Below are positions 37,570-46,165 of a DNA stretch of 64,000 bases, piece by piece. Where the stretch lies: the IMG/VR virus record IMGVR_UViG_3300042453_005404, positions 186,001-250,000 of that record; one strand, given 5' to 3'. The notes beneath the pieces were generated by a model that was given only the letters and a program-made list of their open reading frames with translations, was not told where the DNA came from and did not search any database. Position numbers and translations under genes: made by a program. Each line of letters begins with the position of its first letter. The stretch's first letter is position 1.

Positions 37570-37651
37570 GATTTTACGTTTCCAGAAGAAGATCAAATGA
37601 GAACCAAGATAACCCGGTAAGTTCTATACTTATGAGCAAAGGTGTAAGCGC

Positions 37652-38497
37652 ATGACCACAAAAATGTTAGACAAAGAACGTTTGCAAAAAGTTATTCAAG
37701 AAGCTGTTGGTAATGTACTCAGCAATAGCGGAGTCTTGGAAAAACCTGTTATAAAGCAGGTTGTTGATGCTGGTAAAAAGCTTTTGAAAGAAGCTGTGAT
37801 TATCATGCCACGATCTTTTGTGATGAAAGGTGAAGTTCAATCACCAACCACAAAAGAAAATCATGAAAAGCTTTACAAGAGTTATGTTGACAGTTTCAAC
37901 AAGATATCCAGCAAGCTTGACACTGTACCAAAAACAGACGCTGACAACAATAACGACTCAGAGTTTCGCAGATTAAAGCAAGATGAAGTTCACAACATGA
38001 ATGGTGTAAAGCTTCATGAGTTATACTTCACAAACTCTGGAGACGTGAATAGCGAGATACGTGCTGACTCTGTACCCTTTATGCGTCTTGGCCGTGATTG
38101 GGGTACATTCGATCAATGGCAGCTAGATTTCAGAGCTTGCGGTATGTCTGCAAGAGAAGGTTGGGTTATTTGTTACTTTGATCCATTCAAGCAACAATAT
38201 TTTAACTGCTTTATTGAAGGTCACACAATCAATCTTCCTTTGATGTGTATTCCAGTGCTTGTGATAGACACATGGCATCATGCATGGTTTTATGATTATC
38301 CCGGCGAAAAGATGGATTATCTCAACAAGTCAATGCGTGAGATTAATTGGAACGTTGTGGAGATGAGAATGCTTGCAGCAGAAATGGCAAAATTGAATCA
38401 GTTGTATGCAATTCAACCGGTTATTTCTAATGAGAAAGAACGTGGAGTAACTCTTCCAGAAGTAATGCCACCTGTAGAAGTTCTAGGGAGCCGCTAA
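37652..38497 (+). CDS. Fe/Mn superoxide-dismutase-like protein with an N-terminal extension
   Basis: ENHEKLY, KLHELYF, WGTFDQW, EGWV, PVLVIDTWHHAWFYDY (canonical DxWEHAYY), INWNVV. Confidence 0.8.
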   Translation: MTTKMLDKERLQKVIQEAVGNVLSNSGVLEKPVIKQVVDAGKKLLKEAVIIMPRSFVMKGEVQSPTTKENHEKLYKSYVDSFNKISSKLDTVPKTDADNNNDSEFRRLKQDEVHNMNGVKLHELYFTNSGDVNSEIRADSVPFMRLGRDWGTFDQWQLDFRACGMSAREGWVICYFDPFKQQYFNCFIEGHTINLPLMCIPVLVIDTWHHAWFYDYPGEKMDYLNKSMREINWNVVEMRMLAAEMAKLNQLYAIQPVISNEKERGVTLPEVMPPVEVLGSR

Positions 38498-39216
38498 TGC
38501 TATATCATAAACGTCAAAGGCTTAATGAGTTTCGTATTCTTCGTGAGCAAGAGGAAGAAAGCAAGGGACCACCATACATTCCCCCAGAGGAACGTATGCT
38601 GGGATTAACAGATGCTTCAGATTCCATGATAGAAAAAAATGCATCAGTCGATCAAAAGATTGATAGCTATCTCATGCAATATGAAAAAGAAGCTGTGCCT
38701 TTAGACCAAGACGACAAAGACAAAATCAGCCCAGAAGTAAGACAGCGAGCAGCAGAACAACCTGTTCCTTTGTCTGAACGCAAAGATCGTTGGTTTTATA
38801 AATATTTGTTTGAACAAGAGGCTCCCCCGGCTGCTCCATCAGACACAGGTGGAGCCGATGAGGATACGACGGGTGCAAGTGAGGGAGGGGATACACCAGA
38901 ACCGGGAGCAGAAGCACCTGTGGCACCCGTACCGAATATTCGACTTAACAAGTTTGCTCAAGGCGTTGCACGCTTGGCAAACAACTATCAAACATTGATT
39001 GATCCAAAATCAATCATTTTAAACCGTGCAATGTATTATATAGCTAAGAACTATTCCCCACGGCTAGCAAAAGAGTTTATGAGTATTCTTGAACGTGAAT
39101 TTAATCTCACACCAAAAACACAGTCTCAAAGAGACATGCAATATCCTCCAGCTCCAAGACAAGCAAATGCAGGTCCAGATAGTGGTGGCGGAGTGCCATC
39201 TGGGGGAGGTGATTGA
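38497..39216 (+). CDS. hypothetical protein with LNE/LRE/LFE sites
   Basis: ORF track; TAATG overlap. Confidence 0.7.
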   Translation: MLYHKRQRLNEFRILREQEEESKGPPYIPPEERMLGLTDASDSMIEKNASVDQKIDSYLMQYEKEAVPLDQDDKDKISPEVRQRAAEQPVPLSERKDRWFYKYLFEQEAPPAAPSDTGGADEDTTGASEGGDTPEPGAEAPVAPVPNIRLNKFAQGVARLANNYQTLIDPKSIILNRAMYYIAKNYSPRLAKEFMSILEREFNLTPKTQSQRDMQYPPAPRQANAGPDSGGGVPSGGGD

Positions 39217-39219
39217 CGT

Positions 39220-39510
39220 TTGCTATCAGAATTTGAAGAACGCACAAGAATCGGTCTTTGGCTGGCTTTGCCGAAAGCATCTTTGATTGCCTGCCGTAAA
39301 ATGTTATTTGAAAACGGAGTTTCTCTACAAGAACTGTTTTCACAAATTATTGTAATGATGGAAAATAAAGATCCAAGAATTAAAAGTATTCTTGAGTCGG
39401 CCAAGGTAGATAAGTTTGCGAACAAAAAAAAGCAGTTGGTTTTTACAAATTCAAAAGCTGTATACGCTGCATTGGGACAGGTAGATCCACTCAAAAACAA
39501 AAAGGAATAG
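39220..39510 (+). CDS. hypothetical protein
   Basis: ORF track; GGAGGTG RBS, TTG start. Confidence 0.6.
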   Translation: MLSEFEERTRIGLWLALPKASLIACRKMLFENGVSLQELFSQIIVMMENKDPRIKSILESAKVDKFANKKKQLVFTNSKAVYAALGQVDPLKNKKE

Positions 39511-39514
39511 CAAA

Positions 39515-39850
39515 ATGCCAAAAAGAAAAAAAGCAATTGAGACTAATTCTGAAGAGTCGAATATTATAGCCAGTTCTGAGGTTAACGTAAACGAGTTGTT
39601 TGTAAAATTGAAAGAATTCGAAAACAAAGCTTTGATAGATAAGTTAAAGATTTTAGAGCGCAAACTAGATTTGCTACAAAAAGCTTACGTGCTAGATCGA
39701 ACAATGCTAAAAGAAATCAAACAACACGTAAGCTACCTAAGCCTTGCACATGAAGAACTTTTAAATAATCTTTACAGTGAAGCTCCTTATCATAACGAGG
39801 ATACCCAAGTATCCAACACAACAGAAAAAAGTGAAAAAAAATGGAACTAG
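39515..39850 (+). CDS. hypothetical coiled-coil protein
   Basis: ORF track. Confidence 0.65.
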   Translation: MPKRKKAIETNSEESNIIASSEVNVNELFVKLKEFENKALIDKLKILERKLDLLQKAYVLDRTMLKEIKQHVSYLSLAHEELLNNLYSEAPYHNEDTQVSNTTEKSEKKWN

Positions 39851-40290
39851 CAATAAAACTTAAAACGTATTTTGCAAAATTGTGGTATTACGTAAAGCTT
39901 TATTGGAAAGAAATTGGCTTTGCTGTTGCATTTATATACTTGTTGTTTTTTGTCAAGCAAAAAACAAACTTGATTGAAGAGTTGCTTCAAGAAAGAGAAA
40001 AAGCACACAAAGAGCATAAAGAAAATATTGACAAGCTTAACCAACAAATACAAAACGAAATAGCAACACGAAGAAAAATTGAATCAGACTTTCGAATATT
40101 GATTGATCGTATAAACAAACAACACGCTGATGAAATCAAAAGAATTGCTTTGGTGCGAGAAGAAGAAATAAAAGAACTCATTCGGCGGCATCATAACAAT
40201 CCAACAATAATGGCACAAACAATAAACGATTTGTTTGGTATACCAGTTATGACTGTTGCACCTGATAGACAAACATGGGAACCTCAATAA
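39841..40290 (+). CDS. N-terminal TM + coiled-coil protein, i-spanin-like
   Basis: IGFAVAFIYLLFFV followed by a long charged heptad region; lies in the lysis cluster. Confidence 0.5.
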   Translation: MELAIKLKTYFAKLWYYVKLYWKEIGFAVAFIYLLFFVKQKTNLIEELLQEREKAHKEHKENIDKLNQQIQNEIATRRKIESDFRILIDRINKQHADEIKRIALVREEEIKELIRRHHNNPTIMAQTINDLFGIPVMTVAPDRQTWEPQ

Positions 40291-40883
40291 TGAAAACCAA
40301 GTTAATATCTGGCTTACTTGTTGCTTTAATAGCTTGCAAAAAACCTGCAATCAACATACGCTCACAGCCAACTGTTTCAGAGCTAACAAACATTAACATG
40401 TCTGTGTATAACGTTCAACGCTCGCCCGAACCAACTGCGTTGTCTGTTAGATCTATTCTTGGTAATGAAACAGCAAGAAACATGGGAGCACAATCAATCT
40501 ACATCTATAATGCAAACACACCCAACCCAGTTAGACCTTATGTTCTAGGGCCATGGAACGGATTGTGTATCAACGAATCGTCTGTTAATCACATTGCTGC
40601 TTCATTTACTCAAGTTGTTCGAAGCGTACAAAATGATGAATTCTTGAGACTGCAAACTCTTAGCGGTCATGCTCAACGAGATATTGCATTGCTGCAATCT
40701 GATTTTCGTTCAGTTAGAAATGGTTATATCGCACAAATAAACGAGCGTGATATATCGCTGAGAGAATCTCAGCGAACTATCGATACCTTAAGACGTAACA
40801 ACGTATGGACAAGTGTTGGAGTAGGAGTTGGTGGGATTCTTTTAGGACTTGGTATTTCTGGTATCTTCCTACTTACAAGATAG
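40290..40883 (+). CDS. lipoprotein with a C-terminal TM, spanin-like (start 40290)
   Basis: MKTKLISGLLVALIAC lipobox; C-terminal VGVGVGGILLGLGISGIFLL. Confidence 0.55.
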   Translation: MKTKLISGLLVALIACKKPAINIRSQPTVSELTNINMSVYNVQRSPEPTALSVRSILGNETARNMGAQSIYIYNANTPNPVRPYVLGPWNGLCINESSVNHIAASFTQVVRSVQNDEFLRLQTLSGHAQRDIALLQSDFRSVRNGYIAQINERDISLRESQRTIDTLRRNNVWTSVGVGVGGILLGLGISGIFLLTR

Positions 40884-40895
40884 GAGAATACATAT

Positions 40896-41126
40896 ATGTC
40901 TTTGTTATTAAAAAACAGCGATGGCAAACCTAGTTTAAGCTACACCATGGTATATACTTCTTTTGTTGTGTCTTTGATTTGGTTTGCATTGTCGGTATTC
41001 AAGATTCCTCATGTTAAAGATTTCGACGTTACCACGGTAACTGGGTTCTTAACTCCACTCATGGCTCTGTACTTTGGTCGTCGTTGGAATGAAAAAACCA
41101 ACTCAAGCGAAGAGCCAACATCGTAA
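40896..41126 (+). CDS. small 2-TM protein, holin-like
   Basis: Two hydrophobic helices, basic C-terminus GRRW; between the spanin-like genes and the endolysin. Confidence 0.55.
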   Translation: MSLLLKNSDGKPSLSYTMVYTSFVVSLIWFALSVFKIPHVKDFDVTTVTGFLTPLMALYFGRRWNEKTNSSEEPTS

Positions 41127-41205
41127 ACTATCTAAAAACAAAGGGGTTTTGAAAAATCGAAACCTATTTATATTCAGATGCGTTAATATTTGCATCTGAA
41201 AGGAA

Positions 41206-41505
41206 TTGATCATGCTAACAGGTAAAGAGTATCTGGATAGTATTCAAAGTGCTATTCAAGAAGAAATCGATACCGAGTTACAACGTTTGCAATATTTTCT
41301 CAAAGCTAATGCTCGTATTCACAACACACGATTTCCATTTTTGTTTCCTGTGAGAAGCTGTCGTTTGGAAGTAATCGAAGCGTTGGCCAATCATCTTACG
41401 GAATCTGGCTGGAATGTAGAAAAAGGTAAAGAATACTTGCAGATTATGCCTGTTTCAACAAAAACGCCTACCGCTCCTGCGCCTCCAATGTTTCCTCGCA
41501 AGTAA
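41206..41505 (+). CDS. hypothetical protein
   Basis: ORF track; AAGGA RBS; CTATTTAT at 41164. Confidence 0.65.
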   Translation: MIMLTGKEYLDSIQSAIQEEIDTELQRLQYFLKANARIHNTRFPFLFPVRSCRLEVIEALANHLTESGWNVEKGKEYLQIMPVSTKTPTAPAPPMFPRK

Positions 41506-41541
41506 ATCAAATCAGCTTCTTACTTATAAGTCGGAGGTTTT

Positions 41542-41709
41542 ATGAACAAGTTTTTAAAAGATACTGAAGGTCTTTCAACAGTTGAATATGTGATCATTCT
41601 TATGTTGATTGCCGTTGTTGGCATTGTGGCTTGGAGAACGTTTGGTAACACTGTTGTAAGCAAAGTAAATGCTGGCAACAGTCAAATAAGCGGTCTTGGT
41701 GGAACCTAA
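41542..41709 (+). CDS. flp: Flp/Fap (type IVc, Tad) prepilin, 55 aa, absent from the ORF track
   Basis: MNKFLKDTEG|LSTVEYVIILMLIAVVGIVAWRTFGNTVVSKVNAGNSQISGLGGT; Gly cleavage site, E+5, Y+6, hydrophobic helix; GGAGG RBS. Confidence 0.85.
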   Translation: MNKFLKDTEGLSTVEYVIILMLIAVVGIVAWRTFGNTVVSKVNAGNSQISGLGGT

Positions 41710-41774
41710 TCATTTTTTTCTCAGGCAATGTATATTTATTCACAAACCTAAAGAAAAGGTAGGAGGATTTAAAT

Positions 41775-42242
41775 ATGTCAGTTTCAACAACAATCGACTC
41801 AACACTAGGCGTAGTTTCAACAGTAGATCCAGCTGGCGCTTCGAGCCCCGGTGCAGTAAATATTAACACCGGAGGAACAGTAACTGTTGCTGGTTTGCAA
41901 GCCCCAGTTATTTCTCTTACAACAGCAGCAACACTTTCAGCAGCACAAGCTGGTGTATTCACCTTTGGTACAGGTGGTGCTCCCGTAACATATGTGATGC
42001 CACTTGCTTCAAGCTGCCCCGGCGCAGTATTTACATTCCGTTCAGTAACAGCACAAGCCAATGCCCTTACTTGCTCACAAGAAGCGGCTGGTACAAAAGC
42101 TTTCACTGACGGAACATCAGCAGGTCAAGGCTCAAAAGTTGCTGTTGCTAACGTTATTGGAAGCTCTGTGTCACTTCTTTCCGATGGTAAGAACTTCCTA
42201 GTAATCGGCAACAGCGGTTCCCTAACTTTCTCCGGTACCTGA
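41775..42242 (+). CDS. probable virion structural/decoration protein
   Basis: Ala/Gly/Thr-rich beta-type sequence; AGGAGG RBS; ATATTTAT at 41732. Confidence 0.6.
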   Translation: MSVSTTIDSTLGVVSTVDPAGASSPGAVNINTGGTVTVAGLQAPVISLTTAATLSAAQAGVFTFGTGGAPVTYVMPLASSCPGAVFTFRSVTAQANALTCSQEAAGTKAFTDGTSAGQGSKVAVANVIGSSVSLLSDGKNFLVIGNSGSLTFSGT

Positions 42243-42270
42243 TTCTTAGCGTTTAGCTAAATCAAAACAA

Positions 42271-42300
42271 AGCCTCCTGCTAGTTATCTAGCAGGAGGTT
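42271..42300 (+). promoter_or_regulatory. hairpin sequestering the endolysin RBS, with the late motif across the loop
   Basis: CCTCCTGCTAG-TTAT-CTAGCAGGAGG (11-bp perfect stem); CTAGTTAT at 42280; ATG at 42306. Confidence 0.8.
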
Positions 42301-42305
42301 TTCTT

Positions 42306-43121
42306 ATGTCTATAATCCTAAATGAAGTTAAACTTGAAATACCAAATGTTAAAACAACAAGTTGGTTAGATGAAGAAGCAGCAGCTAAAAAGATCAAGCA
42401 AGTAACTGATAAAACAGTAAGATCGACGTGGATACGCTCGATTGTGTGTCACACTGTACATGGCAAGCTTGGCAGTCTTTTGCCGGGAGTAGGTCCAGAA
42501 GGTGATGCGGCAGAAAGATATGCACAATATCAAACCAACACAAAACGTAGCGTTAGCTGGGATTTTACTTGTGATTTGGATGGAAGTTGGATAATCCAAA
42601 ACGATCCATTGAAATTTTATACATGGCAAGCATCAAGTGTTAACGGTTACACATGCGGTTTTGAATTAGTTCAGTTAAACAATGGAGATTTATACGAGGG
42701 ACAGATAGCCAAGGCTGTCGAGTTTATTGATTTTCTAACAGCCAAACTTGGCATACAACGTCAAATCCCATGGGATATGAAAAACAACTGTCCTCCAAAG
42801 GGTATCGTTAGTCGTATTGCTGGATCTAATAATGGCAGAGACGTTATTGGTGTTTATTGTCACTATCATCAAACTACAAATCGTGGGCAAGGTGATCCCG
42901 GTCCATATCTTCAACAAGCTTTAAAGGCCGCTGGATATGAGACTTATGCATTTGATGGAGATGACGATAAAGCGGTCTGGAAGGTCCGTCAGAAGGCTTT
43001 AGGTTTTGCTGATAAAGATTGTGATGGAGTTCCCGGTCCTGCCACTGTAAGGGCTTTAAAAGCGTCTGGCAAGGCACATGGTATTTGGGTTAAACGTCCT
43101 ATCGATGATTTAATCAAGTGA
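42306..43121 (+). CDS. endolysin, N-acetylmuramoyl-L-alanine amidase with a C-terminal peptidoglycan-binding motif
   Basis: SIVCHTVHG, SVSWDFTCDLDG, NGYTCGFELV, YCHYH...GDPG, DGVPGPATVRAL. Confidence 0.82.
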   Translation: MSIILNEVKLEIPNVKTTSWLDEEAAAKKIKQVTDKTVRSTWIRSIVCHTVHGKLGSLLPGVGPEGDAAERYAQYQTNTKRSVSWDFTCDLDGSWIIQNDPLKFYTWQASSVNGYTCGFELVQLNNGDLYEGQIAKAVEFIDFLTAKLGIQRQIPWDMKNNCPPKGIVSRIAGSNNGRDVIGVYCHYHQTTNRGQGDPGPYLQQALKAAGYETYAFDGDDDKAVWKVRQKALGFADKDCDGVPGPATVRALKASGKAHGIWVKRPIDDLIK

Positions 43122-44178
43122 TTGGTTCGTAGCCACCTTGAGCGAGCCAACCAAGATCAAGGTTATCTGGAGTATATACTTCGGTACCATCTTCCAAAGG
43201 TTCATCTGATGGTACCATGCTAACGATTGTTACGTCGTTTGAGTTTGTAGGTTCAGCGTTTTCTTTTTGAAGATACGCTCGTCTTGCTGGGGAAGCTTCC
43301 ATATATGCATCACTTAGTCTTCTAGCTCCAGCCGGAGTATCCAAAGTGTACGGCGAATAATCTTTTGGTATTGGAGTGGTTACGATTAATCTTCCTTGAC
43401 AGCGTATACGAAGATAAAGATAAGTTCCGCTTCCTCCGGGTGTTGATCTCATCTCAATGATGAACTTGTTTTTCGAAGCAAGGCTAGACAACCTTGGAAC
43501 TCCTATTGCAGCTAAGTTAGCTGGGTCATGGCCAAGAATATACAACCCACGGTGATCGTTTTCTTTACCACCTATTTGTGCATAATACGTAGCTTTTTGA
43601 CTATAAAGAGTTGTCATGAACTTTGAGTGAGCTTGCACGTTATAGTTAAACAACAAACCATTTGCTTGTGCAGCAGCCCATGCAAGACGAGTGCATTGTA
43701 ATCCTTCACCAGCAAGGTTGTAAGCTTCACCTTCTTTGGTTTCTAAAAACGTTTTTCCGTTAATTTCATGTCGCCCAGCTTTAAAGTTTTTTAAAAACCT
43801 ACGCAATCTTTTAAGGGCACCACCAGTGCCCAAAGCTTGTTCAAGTACTTCTTTCATTTCATCATGCACTTTAATCATGGCTTGACTTGTTCCCAAATCA
43901 GAAAGAAAACGTATATCTCTTGGATTGCTTATATCCCAACTGCTGCCACCAAGTTGAGCTTTAAAATCTTTTTTGATTTCGAGTTTAAATGGGCCGACTG
44001 TATTGCCTTTGTTATCTTGTAGTGTAAAGGTTGCGTCCTCACTATAACGGTTTGAGCCAGCTCCTGTAGCCGTTCGCAATGTCATACCGGCTGCAAAAAG
44101 AGAATTGTTAACCAGTGCTTCATATCCAAAACCTTCTGTTTCAAATTCTTCAAAAAGTAGCTCTTCTAGAAATATCAT
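43114..44178 (-). CDS. putative PD-(D/E)XK nuclease
   Basis: GYEALV...SEDATF...KLEIKKDFKAQLG; N-terminal IFLEELLFE tag. Confidence 0.55.
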   Translation of the reverse strand: MIFLEELLFEEFETEGFGYEALVNNSLFAAGMTLRTATGAGSNRYSEDATFTLQDNKGNTVGPFKLEIKKDFKAQLGGSSWDISNPRDIRFLSDLGTSQAMIKVHDEMKEVLEQALGTGGALKRLRRFLKNFKAGRHEINGKTFLETKEGEAYNLAGEGLQCTRLAWAAAQANGLLFNYNVQAHSKFMTTLYSQKATYYAQIGGKENDHRGLYILGHDPANLAAIGVPRLSSLASKNKFIIEMRSTPGGSGTYLYLRIRCQGRLIVTTPIPKDYSPYTLDTPAGARRLSDAYMEASPARRAYLQKENAEPTNSNDVTIVSMVPSDEPLEDGTEVYTPDNLDLGWLAQGGYEPIT

Positions 44179-44250
44179 GAGTGATTAAGCTCCATTGACA
44201 AAATACTATACATTATACATAGTAACTTGTAATCAACAGGAGTTGCGTAT

Positions 44251-44487
44251 ATGAAAATATGGCCAAGCATTGAAAAAAGTTATCACAAAAGAAAAGATGG
44301 ATACTACCAAGAAGTTGTAAGTCATTTTGTACACTTTAAAGATCAGAACGGCAACACACAAACAAAGCTAGACAAGCAAACGCTTGGAGGTGTGTACACC
44401 GAAAACTATACACACAATTCATTTAGTGGTGTAGTTATGATTAATGAAAACGGACAAGAAAAACGTCTTGTTGCGGTAGAAAAATAA
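44251..44487 (+). CDS. hypothetical protein
   Basis: ORF track; AGGAG RBS. Confidence 0.65.
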   Translation: MKIWPSIEKSYHKRKDGYYQEVVSHFVHFKDQNGNTQTKLDKQTLGGVYTENYTHNSFSGVVMINENGQEKRLVAVEK

Positions 44488-44489
44488 GC

Positions 44490-44819
44490 TTAACCTAAAA
44501 GCAGTTTTTTCGAAGAACTTTGTTCGGTACCAACAACGATTTTGCTATCTTCAATTGTGTCTTTGCATTCACCAACAACTTTGGTGATTTTTAGCATCGA
44601 ATCACGATTTTCAAGTTCTAAAGCTAGCAGATAAATCAAATACAGTTTCATACGCTGTGATATGCCGTACTCGTTGATTGTTTTGACGATGCCACGACAT
44701 TCCATGCGTTTTTCTTTCGAAAGCTTGGTTTCGATATAGTTTGGAACTACGTAAACCTCACCTTCTTTTGTTGCATTCTCGTCTGTAAGCATACCGTCAA
44801 AGTTGCCTTTGATGCTCAT
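44490..44819 (-). CDS. hypothetical protein
   Basis: ORF track; GGAGG RBS; operon with its neighbours. Confidence 0.7.
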   Translation of the reverse strand: MSIKGNFDGMLTDENATKEGEVYVVPNYIETKLSKEKRMECRGIVKTINEYGISQRMKLYLIYLLALELENRDSMLKITKVVGECKDTIEDSKIVVGTEQSSSKKLLLG

Positions 44820-45274
44820 ATATCCTCCGTTGAAAAGCTTTCAATTCTCCAAAGTGTTTTGCCAGCCATGAGCAAATATTTACCTTGAAGATCTTCGCCA
44901 TAGCTTTCTTTGTGTAAAACAACCGGTCGATCCCATTTTTCATTTTCGTAGTTGAATTTAATTTGTTGCCATGTAGCTGTATCCAAATCATATCTTGACA
45001 ATAATCCAACTAGTTTTTCTGGCAAGCTAGCTTTGATTTCTTCTATATCAGGAACTAACGGACTATCTTCTTTTTTGATTCGTTGTGACGTGTTAACTTC
45101 TATTACTTTGTGAATTGCTCCACAATTATTACACTTGGCATATGAAGGTTTGATACTACCATCTGGATTGATAACAGAAAATGTTACAAACTTATGAAAA
45201 ACTGGTGGTTCTATATCTTCATATTGACGAAGAATGCAATTGCAAGTTACGAGGTGTTTAATCGACTCAAACAT
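44816..45274 (-). CDS. hypothetical Zn-binding protein
   Basis: CNC and CNNC motifs. Confidence 0.65.
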   Translation of the reverse strand: MFESIKHLVTCNCILRQYEDIEPPVFHKFVTFSVINPDGSIKPSYAKCNNCGAIHKVIEVNTSQRIKKEDSPLVPDIEEIKASLPEKLVGLLSRYDLDTATWQQIKFNYENEKWDRPVVLHKESYGEDLQGKYLLMAGKTLWRIESFSTEDI

Positions 45275-45316
45275 ACCGATAGCAAATTGTTAAAAGCAGC
45301 AGCATTACGGTTGCAA

Positions 45317-45631
45317 TTATACCGACGTTACGGCTGCTGCTTTTTTCTTTTTTGGGTCAATAACTGAGCTTGTTGTTAGTTCGTCACCAACATAATCATC
45401 TAGATTACGTTTGATGTTGCTATGAAATTTGTCAATGTTTTTTAGCTCATGCTCGCTAATAACGATTTGAACTGTTTTAAGAATGTGAGTAAGTACTTCT
45501 GGGTCAACAGGTAGATTATTTCTGCGTGCATAAAGTTGCACCCCATCATATACACCTTCAGAAATCGATTTGATCAAACGATGAACTTCACGTTCGATTG
45601 CGGTATCAAGTTGTTGTCGTTGTGTACTCAT
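45317..45631 (-). CDS. hypothetical protein
   Basis: ORF track; GGAG RBS. Confidence 0.65.
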   Translation of the reverse strand: MSTQRQQLDTAIEREVHRLIKSISEGVYDGVQLYARRNNLPVDPEVLTHILKTVQIVISEHELKNIDKFHSNIKRNLDDYVGDELTTSSVIDPKKKKAAAVTSV

Positions 45632-45679
45632 ATTGTCTCCGTTGGTATATTGTTTTTCATTATCTTCAACAATGTATTA

Positions 45680-46165
45680 TCATTTGCTATGTTTATTTGC
45701 GATGCCGGAAGCTACAAAGCTCCATGGCTTCAATTCAGCTTCGAAGCCGGATGCGGCAACATAACCTTTTAACTGATCAGAAAACATTGAAGTTAACTCT
45801 CCAGCATTAGCTGGAGATGCATCTAAATGCACAACCGGGGATATACCTGTTTTTTCTTGTATCTCGGTTGCCATTTCAATGGCCAAGCTTGTTTCATGAA
45901 ACATGCGAGCTTTAACTCTTACAGGATACGTTCCCTTAAACTCTTTACGATGTTGTTCAGAGTTGTGGTAGTAGTAAAATCCTCCTCTACCTTTTCGATA
46001 CAAACAAACAACAGTAATAAATCGGTACGCAACACCATGCAAGTGTGAATCAACACCTACGATTAGTTCGCATTCTCCTTCCAGTTTGTTTTTTGAAGAT
46101 TTAACCCAGTTGTAAAACTCATCATCATTTGCAACGTTTCCGTCAGCATCTTTCCATGTTCTCAT
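45680..46165 (-). CDS. YkuK-like RNase H-fold protein
   Basis: LIVGVDSH, FITVVCLYRKGRGG, RMFHETSLAI, VHLDAS, KPWSFVASGIANKH. Confidence 0.78.
   Translation of the reverse strand: MRTWKDADGNVANDDEFYNWVKSSKNKLEGECELIVGVDSHLHGVAYRFITVVCLYRKGRGGFYYYHNSEQHRKEFKGTYPVRVKARMFHETSLAIEMATEIQEKTGISPVVHLDASPANAGELTSMFSDQLKGYVAASGFEAELKPWSFVASGIANKHSK

Noticed and set aside
44195-44223. TTGACA promoter upstream of 44251
   Set aside because: Perfect -35 but only a poor -10 (CATAGT) at 17-nt spacing; too weak to call.
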